This document shows positions 15,333-29,827 of a stretch of DNA of 64,000 nucleotides, in pieces. The notes below the pieces were generated by a model. That model was not told where the DNA came from. It saw only the letters and a program-made list of their open reading frames with translations, and searched no databases. Every line of letters begins with the position of its first letter. The first letter of the stretch is position 1. The position numbers were made by a program, and so were the translations under genes. This DNA is from Priapulus caudatus (Eukaryota). The stretch spans positions 673,302-737,301 of the forward strand of contig NW_014577066.1 in assembly GCF_000485595.1 (NCBI RefSeq). The letters run 5' to 3'.

Positions 15333-17674
15333 CATAGCAAGTTGCTATATGTCAACTATACCTGTGTCAAATTATACAAATATTTTCACGCTCTATAGCA
15401 AAGTGCTCGGTAGTTGGATCAGATGGAATAATGGCGAGGTAGGATATATAGAATGAAAGCAAGATCTACAGCAGTAATTCTTGGAGCGATTATGGTTACA
15501 TAAGAATAAAAACATTGCGCAGGGTCTCTAGATTAAAACTAGAATTTCTCCTTTGTTCGCGTAAAACTGGCAACTTTTTGTTAACTCTAAAGCAAGTTTT
15601 TTGCACCGTGCACGATCCGTGTAAAACGACAATAGACTTCGATGATACGATGGTGCGCGTACCCTTCCACGCTCGATCACGCATGCGCACAAATACCTGC
15701 CAGCGCATTCCGATGTAATTATGTGAATACAAAATGTTGGATGATATTCAAAAGCATAATGGAAAGTGATTGAATTACATGCCATGCAAGCGCGCCGCTA
15801 CGCAAGACTCAAGCAATGCGAACAAAATTTAAAATAGCACAATACGTGCACCTTGAATGCTGCCAGTTATTCAAAAAGTCTGCGCATACGCACGTGCACA
15901 CGTACGCAGACACACACACGCGCGCGCGCGCACACACACACAGGAAGACATGTACGTGAGCAAGGCACGTATTTCATTAGCCTGCTATACGGCCGTGTTC
16001 GCCGCTATATCTGCGTGTTTCATCTGTATTCATCCTCCTATTCGCGGCGGGTAACGCACAGAATACCTGTGCCGACCTGGTCCGGTAGGTACGTGCGCCA
16101 GCGAATCAAAGAGGCGAGGCATGGCGAACTGTGGCTACAAGTTATCGCTACACATGAGATTCACCTCGAGATAGGAAAGGACGCGCGCGCGTGCGTGCGT
16201 GTGTGCGCGTGCGTGCGTGGGTTCATGCTTGCGTGCGTTCGTGCATGCGTGTGTGTGCGCGTGCATGGGTTCATGCTTGCGTGCGTTCGTGCATGCGTGT
16301 GTGTGCGCGTGCGTGGGTTCATGCTTGCGTGCGTTCGTGCGTGCGTGTTCGTGTATGAGTAACGCAGAAACATGCGCGATACCGTGACAATTATTTGAAA
16401 AGAAGGGCATTGAAGCGGCAGAGCAAGGGAAAGTTCCATGTAATGTCTGTTTTCATTATTCAACAAAGACCCGCTTTGTTGTTCACTATTCACCCATATT
16501 TTCCCAAGCCATGTATATCGGGGTCATAATGGACTGCTTGTTTTCTTATTGTTCGAGTATATGTATAGATGTTTCAGTGTCGCTGCACACGTTCCAGCCC
16601 AATGAACGAGAAATCACGACAACCGATATAACAAATGTTAACTAAATCAGCTACAATCGTAAAATAAATCTACCACAAGTGTTCAATAAATCGACCGAAA
16701 GTGTTCAGTAAATCAACCACAAATGTTCAATAAATTAACCACGCCGTGTAGAATTGGTCACCGCGCTTCTGTCAACTAGTGGCTCTGGTTGCTTGCTCAG
16801 TGTCACGTGCGGACTTATTGATTGTCTTTCTTATTATTGATCTTATTGATGATTGACATGCTCGTTATTTGACGTAATATAGTATGCACTAGATTGGCAA
16901 CGCAACTGCGCCGATTCACGACCAATCAGAAGCGTATACGTGAATCGGAAACTCCCCTTATTGAATCGAATCTCTCGGAAACTTCGTCGACATGAACCCC
17001 CCACCCCAACACCGATCGTTGTCCGATATGTGCGACACGTCGGATACGTGTCACGTGCACGTACGACGTCGCCGCCGCCAAGGTGGTCTGCAATCTACGA
17101 ATAATACTCGGTGGGTGTAACGTGGTATACACCCCCCGATAAACTTCCCCCTCTACATTGCGCATGGGCGATAAAGGTCAAATCCGCATGTATAAGCGCA
17201 ATGCACCATGCTCCCTGCTAGATCATGTGAATGTACCTGGTAGAGGAGGGCGCTTGCCATAGGGGAGGTGCATCATGTATATACCTTGCTACATGGGAAG
17301 CAAACGTGTTCGCATGCGAGGTTCGCAGGCGTTCCTGTACGCGCGCATTCCATCCACTCCGCCGCTCCGCACCTAAACCTCCTCGCGACTGGGACAATTA
17401 AAATAAAATCTACACTAGCGAGTGAGCGAAGAGCATTCCTGCGAATCGTTAGCAAACTTGGCGTGATGAAGGATCGCACGTCTGCCGGCTGTAGGTCTTT
17501 GTACGCCGCACGCTAATCGATGGCCGACTGTCATGCATGCGGCAGAGTCGTGGGTTCTTCCACCCCGTCCACCTCTAGGCATGTCTGTGTATATAGATGG
17601 TGCTGGAGGTGTCCGGCGAGTGTGTGACTGCGTGTGTAACGCGGCGATGACCTGTGGCTGCTTGCGATATGTCC

Positions 17675-17748
<74 letters not shown>

Positions 17749-20700
17749 GCGGCTGGGTTCAGTGACAGCGTCCGATGCTCGCCCATGTAAATGAGAAACT
17801 TGCGCGCCCGCGTGTCTCCCCATACTTGACTTGACTTACTGTACTCATTGCAGAATTAAATCGGAATCGTAGGTAACACAGGGAAGGGTTCGGATACGGC
17901 ATACTAACATTAAGCGCGTGTAGTTTCCAATACACCTTATCATTCTAACTCTCTGCGGCGGTCCCAATTCTCATTGAGGACGGGCAGCGAAACTTGGATC
18001 ACAATTCGTAGTCGTATTTCGTTAGTAGTCCGTATCACCTATCAGGATTTTAGAATTTTTTGTGTCGCTATCGCCTGGTTGGTGGCCCGCGTGGACAGAA
18101 TTGCATATATATATATATATATATATATCAAGAGCTAATAATACCTCTTATTAGCTCTTATTATTAGCTCTTGATATATATATATATATATTCGTGTTAC
18201 CTTATTAAATGTTATCACGTAAGATGATTTCATAAGGCCATTAATTATTAAACATAAAGTGGTGATTTGCGTCTGCGCCTGTTTGATAACACTTGCACGT
18301 GCGCCATGTCGTGATGTGGAACAATGTTCTCACGTTAAAATCAATTTCGCTCTTAGAATTTATATACGGCAATATAAACGCCAGCGCATTCGTACGGAAG
18401 TGTGAGAGGAGCGCGAGAGGGCGGTTATATGTCCGCGTACATCAGATTATATATGTGCAAATGCCGCTCGCAAATTGAATCACCGAATATTTTATGTGGT
18501 CACGACCAAGGGTCACGACTAGTCACGACCTAATCTCGCAGCAAGTGCGTGTTGAGGTTCGGACGTGGCGCCATCTGTGTTGATTCTGGTAACTAATTCT
18601 CGCCGCAATGCTTATGTATAATAGTGCTTATATTGTTATCCTTGCTGTGTGAGTCGTTCTGCTGTATGACTGTCTGACAGCTGCTCAGAGATCTAGGCTG
18701 TGATGTTAGTTAATTTCGTCTCGATGATGTACAGCGAAACATACACAAGGGGATCGAATGTCAAACCTCATAGTTGTCAAAGTTGCCAACAGCCTCCGAA
18801 CAAAACCAAAATTTCGAACGCGCCTATGCTTCTGTGCTTTGTGTATTCGCCTCGGTATTGTATGAAGTGTATCGTTACAGGTCGCTGCCTTTTTACCGGT
18901 GCTCGCCGCCTTTTGGGAAATTAGAAATACACATGCGATCTTCTGCTGTCTCGATGGGTATTAGCTATATAACTAGTTCCGCAACGTAACAAACGGTCAA
19001 ACCATTCTAATGCGATTCACACGACAGCGTTTCAATGATCTCAATAGTTACCCTAGCCAATTAGAATGAGGGGGCAAAGGTATCGTGCTCGCTAATAATT
19101 TGATGATTTCGTCTTCATTTGGTTGAAATTGGTTTGATCAGACGCAGGCAATAACACAATTGTTAATCGCGTTCTTACCCTTTGAGGTAGAGCTACCCTT
19201 TGAGGTAGAGCTACCCTTTGACGTAGAGCTACCCTTTGACGTAGAGCTACCCTTTGACGTAGAGCTACCCTTTGACGTAGAGCTACCCTTTGACGTAGAG
19301 CTACCCTTTGACGTAGAGCTACCCTTTGACGTAGAGCTATCTTTTGACGTAGAGCTATCTTTTGATGTAGAGCTACCCTTAGATATAGTGCCACCCACAG
19401 ACGTAGTGTAGCTCCGTTTGGCGGTAAAGGGTTACGGGTGTTGTTGAGTGCCCGTAAATGTAAGTAACATGTTTTACGGCTATTAACTCCAGACAGACAA
19501 CTAGTTTTGCTTGCTCACCCTAGCTCGCCTCAATGTGCATGTCATCGTCGCTAACGCCCCGAGTGAATTATGAGTGAAAAAAACGCCAGAGTGAAAAGGT
19601 ATGAGCGCGCCATCAATATAACATTACTTGTAGTTATGGAGAATGTTGTAAACATCTTCATTACCTCTTACTAGTTTCGCTGTACTTGTTAGTTCTCGAA
19701 GAGAAACTTGTTGAAGAACTTGATTGACTGCTATCTCTGTCAAAATCCCCCTGTTTCTCGTCACGCGAAACGTGTTACTTGTCTCGCTCGGTGGTGAAGG
19801 CGAAATCGTAATAGTATATGCTACCGACAGACGGCCCATTGATATCTGCAGCAATGGCGTTAGCCTCGCGTTTTCCGCCTGCCATATCTCACACCGCTAT
19901 CTCCTCTCCTACGTAAATCCTTATAATTTCGGCAAAAACAATGAGATCTCGTGAGTTCCGCTTGCTATGGAAGGACGCTGCTCCCCCTCCCTCACCTGGG
20001 TAGACCTGTGAAGGTAACGCAGTGCTGCCTCACACACACCTGGCAGGTGGTAATCGTCGGCATTGCATATCGCCGCAGATAATATGCTATTGTCGGCTGC
20101 TGTCCGACCATCGTCTCAACCCGGCAATCAAGCCCGCGACGTGTAGTAATTAGGTGTCATCGAGAGGAGGCGAGCGTGAGTCACTTTTACTGTGATTGCT
20201 GGCTATGAGTTTTTTCGGTGGGAAATCTAGGACCGTCATTTGGGGGTTCACACACGACCCATCGCTGAAATACAGTGTTATTCACCGTCCTTCTCTACGA
20301 TTTCCCTGCTGCCCCCTTCCTGTCCTCTCATCCTGCGTATGTACTAACAGTCTTACCTCACTGCTGATCTATATTCTTGCTCCGTTTCTCATTGGTTTTG
20401 CATTTTTTTATACCCGTTTCGCTCTGTTTTCTGGATTTTATTGGGTCTGCATTTAGGAAGAAGCAGATGTTATATGTGAAGCATATCCAATGGGTTCGTA
20501 GTCACAAAATAGGCCACCCTCAGATGACTTATTGCTAGAAGCCAGCAGAGCGGGCAGCATTTCTTTTATTGCTCAATTACCTGCACATCACTGCACTACA
20601 CCAGTTGTGTATAATAACAGATTTTCAGACTAATGATACTGAATGCGCAACAAATAAAATAATATTTTTTGGTTGGTCCATCCACCAGCTCACTCGTTAA

Positions 20701-21415
20701 TAGATGGGTCGTGTTATTTCAGGGCAAAAATCAGATAATCATCTCAGTTTATATTGAATAAATGCACTACGTCATAATAATGGGCAATATATGTAATAAT
20801 GCTATATATATATATATATATATATAATGGCGTGGGCATCGGCTTTATTATTCTGAATTATATAACCCCAATATTTTCTTGATCTAGTTTAAGAACAATC
20901 CAGCACTCAATTCTATCTAACCCAGAATAAAATAACGTACAGTATAAACGTGTATCACTCGCACCCCAGTAGACATTAAGTTATACTGTGCTTGTTTCAC
21001 TGACACAGCGGTATTCTTCCTAATACCTCTATGGTGTTCTATTGCAGCCACTAGTCTAACCCTGTGCTGGTTTTGCATGGCTTACACTAATTCCATCTAA
21101 TGATGCAGGAGTAGGGGAGGCTAAATTCGCAGTGTATCAATACACTATAAAGCTATTATTATACGCTGCCACTTGCCTGTTAACCGCTTCAGACACACTT
21201 AGCCGAACATCCTGTTTGTTTGCAGGAGATGAGCCTACAACGCTGAATACTGTGTCTGTAATTTATGCGTCAGGCTACACTTATATTTCTACCTATCCTT
21301 TGCCAAAATCGTCTCAATTTTATATCTGATAATTTTATTAGTCAGAGAGAGAGAGTAGCCAGTAGAACTTCCTCTCAGAATCCAGATTATTAAGCGGAAA
21401 AGTTGGCGCTGTAAG

Positions 21416-21452
<37 letters not shown>

Positions 21453-21885
21453 TAATAATAGTAGTAGTAGTACCCATGCTAACGCGCTAATTATCACATT
21501 CGTTGTTTCTATCACCGCTAGTCGTTTTCCTTCATATTCCCATCGCAGGCCGTCGCTATATGTGCGATAATGAAAAAACTTCCCAGCACCGGCCATGTAT
21601 TTATTCGTCATTCATCCATGAATATTCGTACATGTTTTTACATGGTCGAGAACCTAGTAATACGCCGATAGTTAAAGCGCGAAGCATCGAGCAACACCGA
21701 GTTTGAAACAAGCGCCTATATTATCGAAATGACTCGCTTTTATTTTCACGCCTAGCGTGTAATAACATCGAACGTTTCACTGCTTCTAGGTTTCGCGCTA
21801 TCTATACACACATAGTTCCCGCTCTGTTAGTCACCGCTTCGTGATTACAATGTCTCTCACTCGCGGTAAACAACGCGCGTCTCTC

Positions 21886-21923
<38 letters not shown>

Positions 21924-23236
21924 TGTGCGTGTGCGAGTGTGTGTGCGTGTGCGTGTGCGTGCGCGTGCGCGTGTGCGTGCGCCTGTGCGTGCGCGTGTGC
22001 GTGTGCGTGTGCGTGTGGTAATAATCGTGCCTATAGTCAAACGTTTAGCGTCGTTTTGCGCGGTCTGTGGGATTTAAATTGGTGACCTTTGCTCGACATT
22101 GCGCGACTATTTAAAGCGCAAGGGCGTTTGTAGCGTGAATCAACGGCGGTGGTCGCGCGCACAACCAAGGTCTGCAAACGAAGACAACAGACTTTCCTGG
22201 GCGCACCAATCAAAACATTTAGTTTTCGTGTTTCACCCATGGGGCGTGGTAGCATGTCATTGAGATTGCGACGTTTTGGGCGCTGATCCCGTGCTCGGGT
22301 AGTTATCAGTTATTGTGTAATAATATTTATATTAATATTCTATATTATTCTATTTTATAATAATATAACGTTGTTATTACTATAATGCCGCCGAAACACT
22401 CGTCATTACCAACAAGTTGCTAAATGTGCGTAGTGGGTCATCACATATTATATCATCATCATCATCATCATCATCATCATATATTTATATATATATATTA
22501 TATCATATTATAACGTTGTTATTACTATAATGCCGCCGAAACACTCGTCATTACCAACAAGTTGCTAAATGTGCGTAGTGGGTCATCACATATTATATCA
22601 TCATCATCATCATCATCATCATCATATATTTATATATATATTATATCATATTATATTATCATCACACTCTATGCATATATTGTTTATTGCGCATTCTACT
22701 AATCGTATATCACATCGTGATTGTATATCCTTAATTGTACATCACTAACATGATGTGATCACATATTATTCATCATATTTCACGGTCGTGATTACGAGTA
22801 TCTGATGACAATTCACTGATGAAGTACTGATTCAAAGATATCTGAACACAATTTTTTATCACATTTACGTTGTTCCTAACATTTCAATCGCATGTTTCAG
22901 GATATCGTGTTGTTCGCTATGCGGGGCACATCGCAATGTGTGTACGTGACTATTGTTTGTGTTCCCGTTTATCTTTCATGGTCAAATTCTTGTATCTCGC
23001 TTCTAGTTCTATCGGTCCCTTTCAGACACTTCGACACGCACGGCGCGTATATATCCGCTGTTATTTGTTCGAAGAAATTTGAACTGGTTAATGAAATTTT
23101 TAATCGGATAAGAGAAAAGAAATTAATTATTCTGTGTGAAGCATATCTACTTGCGTTTTATGGCAACAAATACTCACATCAAAATGGTTAGATTTATAAT
23201 CCTTAGATGTTATGTGGCCCAAAAACCTATATAAAA

Positions 23237-23307
<71 letters not shown>

Positions 23308-23738
23308 CGTGTCTGTGTACACGCGGGCGGGTGTGCATGTGCGTGTACGCCATATGCATATATATATATATATATATATAATTATTAATTTATTAATTTA
23401 TCTATCTATAAATGAACTCGCCGATGGTCAGGGCGTCGAGCAAATGTGCGTGACAGGCCGTGTTATACTAACATCACCAAGTGTGCACGTATAAATTCTA
23501 AATGTGGGTAGAAGTTTATCTCTAATTTCTATCTCTTTGTAATAATTAATCAGTTATTGCTCCAGTTTCCGGTCATAAGTATCTCGTTTAACACCAGAGG
23601 GCGTTACTTACTGTAACACCGATTGCAGTCAGTCGCAACGGTAATTACTACTGCTCCTCATTGCGATAAAATACGTTTTAGTTAGTCGCGTACGTACGAG
23701 CGTGCGTGCGTACGAGCGTGCGTGCGTACGAGCGAACG

Positions 23739-23774
<36 letters not shown>

Positions 23775-25601
23775 AGCGAGCGTACGAGCGTGCGTGCGTA
23801 CGAGCGAGCGTGCGTGCGTACGAGCGTGCGTGCATACGAGAGCGTTCGTGCGTACATACGAGCGTACGTGCGTTTTGTGGGTTTGCGAGAACCACCTGAA
23901 CCTCTGTTGACGTTTTGCGTCATGGCTAATGTGACTTTAACACTTCCTCGTGGTGGCGCCCCCGCGTGCCTATCTCCAACATGTATCCCTCTGAGCGCAG
24001 CAGGGTGTGTACCTGCATGAAGCCTCGGGCTTAGCTTACCTATATACTTTGCACTTTAAAAATGACTTTTCTATTTATTGAGGAAGTGACTTATACACTT
24101 GTTCTGTTGTGTGTCGAATCAGACGTGGGTGGTTCTCTGTGGGCGTAAAAAAGTGTTGTGTAGGTGCAGGGCAAAAGTAAATAACATTATCTGTTACATT
24201 GTACCGCTAAACTGTACATGTATAGTATAGCCAAGAAAAGCAAATATTACCTTCTTAGAACTACACGCACGCACTGAGATATTTTCTAAGCGCTGATGTT
24301 TTTGGGTCAGAGTTTAGGTTGTTCATGCACTGTATAAATTATACAAAATTTTTTTTCACCAACTTACTATCGATGCAAAACAACCAAGGGCTACTAGTGA
24401 TTTTCCATGTTATGGCATTGTTTATTAACACCACAGTAACAATTTTATTCGTAAAACTAATCGGGAAAACTGAAATGATACAATACCTTATTAAATTAAT
24501 GCTCATGTTCTACAAGAACTACAAGAACATGTAAAATGCGAAGCGGGAGAAGCAGCATAAGCAAATACAGCGCGCACTTAAACCACCAAACGATCAATGA
24601 CCATCGACCCAACGATAAGTTTCGAAAATATAGCTCTTTATATATAATTTCAAAAGAGATATTTATTTGTTGTTTATTATACTGAAAATGATACTAATGC
24701 GGTAGTGCGCTCATATAAAATCATCCGCTGGTGGAATTATTTGTAAACAGTGTCTCCGAGCGTGTGCGATTGTATGTGCATGGGGGTCTGTCTATACACG
24801 TTATGTGCGTGATAGCATGCTTGGGTACGTGTGTGTGTGCGCGCGTGCGTGCGTGCGTGTGTGCGTGCATGCGTGTGTGCGTGCGTGCGTGCGTACGTGC
24901 GTGCTTGCATGTGTATGCGCCTATGTGCGTGTGCGTGCTGTTGTGGTTGTTTAGATGACCCACTGCCCTTACAAACAGTGCTGTCTTTGTACGTAAGGAC
25001 CACAGTAGTCGCCTGCGTGTGTATGTGTGTGTATGTGTGTGACTAAATCTTCTGTCTGTAATCATTCTTCCGATCATCGTTCAAGCAAGGCGTTTTTTCG
25101 CATCTCGTTGGTGGCTGAAGCGCGCAAGTGTCCAACTTTCTGTGACAGTCGACCCAGTGCCCTTCATTAAAGCTGATTCGCAACAAAGCTGTATATTAAT
25201 CTGTAGAACTATTGTCTATTTAATGCCGCAAAAAGTCGTTACTTGACAGTGAATGAAAACGAGTGGAATAATGGGCGTACGTAATTGGCTGTTAGTTTTA
25301 ACAAAAACAAAAACAAATAAAAGATGTAACAAAAACATTCTGACAAGCGCTTTGCATGTCAGTTTATCACCGTATTATGTTACTCGGCGTTGCCAGCCAA
25401 TTGTTCACTACCGATACAATTATAGAATATGTTACTCAAACTTTGTTGTTAATTAATTTGTCGTAACTTAAGTGAACATTAATTTTAATATAGTCGTATT
25501 TTAAGACTGGCAGACAATGACAAATAGTCGTTTAAAAAGCAAAACAGAGGCAGAGGCAGAGGCAGAAAGACAGAGGCAGAAAAAGCGAAGAATGAGAGAC
25601 G

Positions 25602-25647
<46 letters not shown>

Positions 25648-25679
25648 ATATATATAATATATAGAATCGTCTCTCATTC

Positions 25680-25725
<46 letters not shown>

Positions 25726-28372
25726 AGATAGAGAAAGTGAGGAAAACATATGAGGAGGGTGTAGACAGTGAGAAAGTAAAAAGAACGGAAGAGCGGATAA
25801 AGAAGAGGAAGAACTCGAGAAAGACATTGCTACATCATATCATGACATTGAAATCAATTTCCACTACACGTGGAACTAAACCCGCCTCTTTATGTGTACG
25901 TTGAATTGCGTTCCATCTCGTTATGAACGCCAATAATAAATTCCTCTTGTACACCTCGTAAAACCTCTGGTCGACTATCCATTCGGCTGAGATATATGTT
26001 TTATATGGCTGATGCGTAGCTATCGCGCCTGTGGCTATGTTCTGGATCGTGGTGGAAAGTGGAAAATAATAATATATTAGTGACGGTAGCAATTATTATA
26101 CCACAGAGTGAGATGAAGGAGAACTGTTGGTTATTGAAGAAGAGTGGGAAAGTTGAGCTGTTGTGAGGAAGAGAACGGGAGTGTCGCAGTGCCTTCTGTG
26201 ATTCTATTACGTATTTAGTTAGTTGCTTGTCAGCATAGATGGCGCGAGACGGTATAGGGTCGCTGCCACGCTACAACGCAGCGAGTCTTGCTGCTAAACA
26301 AGTTTTCTCATAAATCGCTCTTCGGGGGGGTTTGTTTCGTGTGACGCACACGTGATCATTAGTAAGATGATCGCAATAACTATACGAGTTGATTTACAAC
26401 CCGTTGCGCGCGCGTGTGTTTGTGGATAGATGTGTGCGTGTAGGTGTTTGCGCGTGTAAGTATGTGCGCGCGTTTGAGTATTTAAGGGGAGCCTGCGCGT
26501 ATATGCGTGATCAGAAGCAAGCAGCCTAGCACATCCAGAAAATTAGTTTTAACGGGAAGCAGCCTTTTTTTCAAAATTCTTCCAAGATTGCTATCGGGGA
26601 AAGATACCCTCTAACTTAGGCTTACACATCACCGTGATTCAACCTCCCGCATGCATCTCAGCTAGCATACAACTCGCCGTCTCTGATTTGGCAAGCATGT
26701 ACCCGTCCTTTTGTTGGGTGACAAGCACGTACCGGTCCTTTCCTTGCTTCCTGAATCTCCCCTTCTTCATATTCTAGCTGTTTGGCCAATGACCTCTGAA
26801 GTGTTAAGGAGAACCCTTTCCTCTCGCGTGTGCCAGCTTCCTCGAGTTGGTCAGCGTGATGTAATTCTATTAGGGACCTTGGCAGGCAGCTGCAACAACC
26901 CGTCGCTCGCCCGTAGCTCTCTCTATTGTTCCGATCGCCACCGCTCATAATGTAGGTCTATGAACTCTCTTTCTGTGTGCGTGGTGCTAACCCTCCTCTG
27001 TCTTATAGTTATTAGCTGCGCTAAGTGTTTAAAACTCGCATGTGTTGAATGGAAAGATTTGTGTTGTGTGTACATGCTTGGTCTCGGTAAATGCGTAAAG
27101 GGAAGGCGTCGGAAAATTATACCTGGTAGCGTGTAAAGAAGCACCATGTCGTCCATATCATCTGAAGATGTATAGAATCCTCATTTGCGTTCTTCATCAG
27201 TCGCGATATGTCTGGGGTAGGTCATGTCTGTCTGTATGTTCGGATACCTGTGTATGATAATAACAGGAGTGAATAATAGAGAGAATAGAGAGACTCCTTA
27301 TAATAATATAATTAGAACGGAAATTTACTTTTAAGATGTGGAACGTTTTTCTTTCTCTTTCTCTTTCTCTTTCTCTCGCTCTCAATCGTAAGCGCGTGCG
27401 CGCGCGTGCGTGCGCGCGCGTGCGTACGTGCGTGTCAGTATCACCCTCTCCCGTCTCACCCACCCTCCCTCACTATCTTTGTGTCTTCATCGTTAATATT
27501 CTCTTTTCCTTTGCGTTTTACAAATATATCTACCCCCGTTCCCTCTTTTCATTCTCTTGTCGTCCTAATCTCTTTTACTCTCTTCCTACCTCCGTCCGAA
27601 CCCCTTCCCTTCCTGTCCCTCTCTCTTCCTCTATATCTCGTCGCTTCATTTTACCTGATTTCATCCAACAACCCCCGACCCGTTCCCTCTCCTAAACCTA
27701 ACCAGTCCCCGGGCTCCTACCCCTACACGCTCACTCGCCACGCTGTGTCCATGAACTATTCCGTTAAGGAGCCGCTACGCACCACTCTCTCCACTTCTTC
27801 CTGTACTCACAGTCGCAGAAAGCTTACGTAACGCAGATTACTGGTAATTATTTGCGAGCATTCACAAATTGCTTGCTCGGCCAGCAACGCGCTGTTGTTT
27901 CACCTACTGTGTATGTACTTTCGCTGCTGTTAATCAGTGCCTGCTTGCTTGGCTACTGGCTCTAACCCCATTATGCTCACTCCTTCCTGCTTTCTATTCT
28001 CACACCTTCACTGGCGAGTTCTTATTTTAGCTTAAGTTAATCTCTTCTTCTGAGGATTCCATTGTGTTGAGTGTAGCCCTGTCGGTAATATAGCATGCGA
28101 GCACGTTACGATACCGATAAGAGTTATGAGAGAGATAGTGTGTGAGTGGGAGAGAGAGAGAGAGAGACATTCGTTACGAAAGTGAAATTAATCACCAATC
28201 CATTCGACGGGTGTTTATTGTTGTAAATGGTTTTACATTTTACGTGACTGACGTTATAGCGGAAGAACGGGTTGAAGACGAAATAGAGAGAGGGGGAGAG
28301 TGTGTAAGTGAGTGAGACAGGAAGCGCGCGAGAAAGAGAGCGAGGGAGAACGTGTGTGGGTAAGAGAACGAG

Positions 28373-28425
<53 letters not shown>

Positions 28426-29732
28426 ACGAGAGAGAGGGGGAGGAGCAAGAGAGACAGACAAAAAGAGAGAGGAGGAAAAGGAGAGAAAGCAACTACCGTT
28501 TCTTAAATCGGTACACGTCTTGCGGCGCGGGAGTGTTGACTGGTGGAGGTAGTCTTACAGAAAATCACATGCACAGGCGTGCGCACACGCAGACACGAGT
28601 GCGCTAACCCGAACCTCGCGTAATGCACCCCATGCGCATGCGTACAGCGAGCATCGAGTATAAACATCGCCCGCCAGGAGCGATGTGCGTGTGTCGCGAT
28701 CAATCCGCACAATTCCACGACGTAATTTAGGGATTAAAGTTCTATGGTAGCGATTAAATTCCGAATGCCTTGTTTAATTTCACGCGTCCTGCGAGCTGCT
28801 AGCTAACGGCTGTTCCTGTGACCGCATGCAGGGGGCCCACCGATGGCTGTTGGCTCAATGAAGAATCCGGCAAAAGCGAGAGATGGGGTGTGAAAGGGGG
28901 AAAGAAAGAGAGAGATAGAGGGGGCGAGAGAGAAGAGGGAGAGAGACAGCAAGAACGAGGGGGAGAGTAGAGCGAACTGAAGATGCAGACACAGATTTAC
29001 AGAGAGCAGCCAGTAAGAACGAACCAGCGACCGAGCGAGAAAGAGAGAGAGATAAGGAGTTGGAGAGAGGGAGAATGAGGAGAGGGCGAGGGAGTAAGGC
29101 GAGAGGGAAGAGTGAGAAGAATATATGGACATAAATAAACAGACAGCGGAAATGAAGACCGAGCCAGCGAGAGGCGAGAGAGAGGGAGAGAGGATGGAGG
29201 GAGACATTGCTACTTTCTGCATGGCAGCTTCTGGTCTGGGCTCTGAGAGGTGAATGCCTTCCCCTCCACCCGCGTGCCTCCTTTAACCCCCCGAACAATC
29301 TGCTGCCTCATGCAGCGTGTTGAGCAAATACGGAGTAGTGGGATTAGCTAGCGTGCTGAGTAATCTAGCGCACGCTCTTCTGTGTGGATCTGCGACGAAA
29401 TGTTTGTCGTTGAGCTCGCGCGCCAGTTCATTTCTCGTTCGTCGCCCATTCGCGCGAACTGCTTCGTGATTTAATTCCACATAAATCGTGCGCCACAGCC
29501 GCAGTCGTATCGTGGTGTTTGTCCCGGGCCTACGTACGTACGTAGACTCGCGGCGCGTGGAAATAGATAGCTGCGCTTATAGACAAGTGAGTGCAGTGAA
29601 CTCTTCCGTTCTCCTCCGGTGTCTATTACGGTGTTTCCTTTCTCTCGCACCATCCACCACGCTCTCTTCCAACCCTACCCCCTCATTGCCGTTTTATTTC
29701 TCTTGTAATATAACACTATCAGTAATTATCTA

Positions 29733-29771
<39 letters not shown>

Positions 29772-29784
29772 TCAGCCTCTCTAA

Positions 29785-29827
<43 letters not shown>

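Noticed and set aside
19176..19380. CRISPR-like array
   Set aside because: Head-to-tail units with no unique spacers, eukaryotic context, no cas genes; the same applies to the 24-, 25-, 42- and 541-bp repeats.
26658..27156. Possible transposase remnant on - strand
   Set aside because: No catalytic motif recognisable in the short ORFs; would need tblastn against TE proteins.
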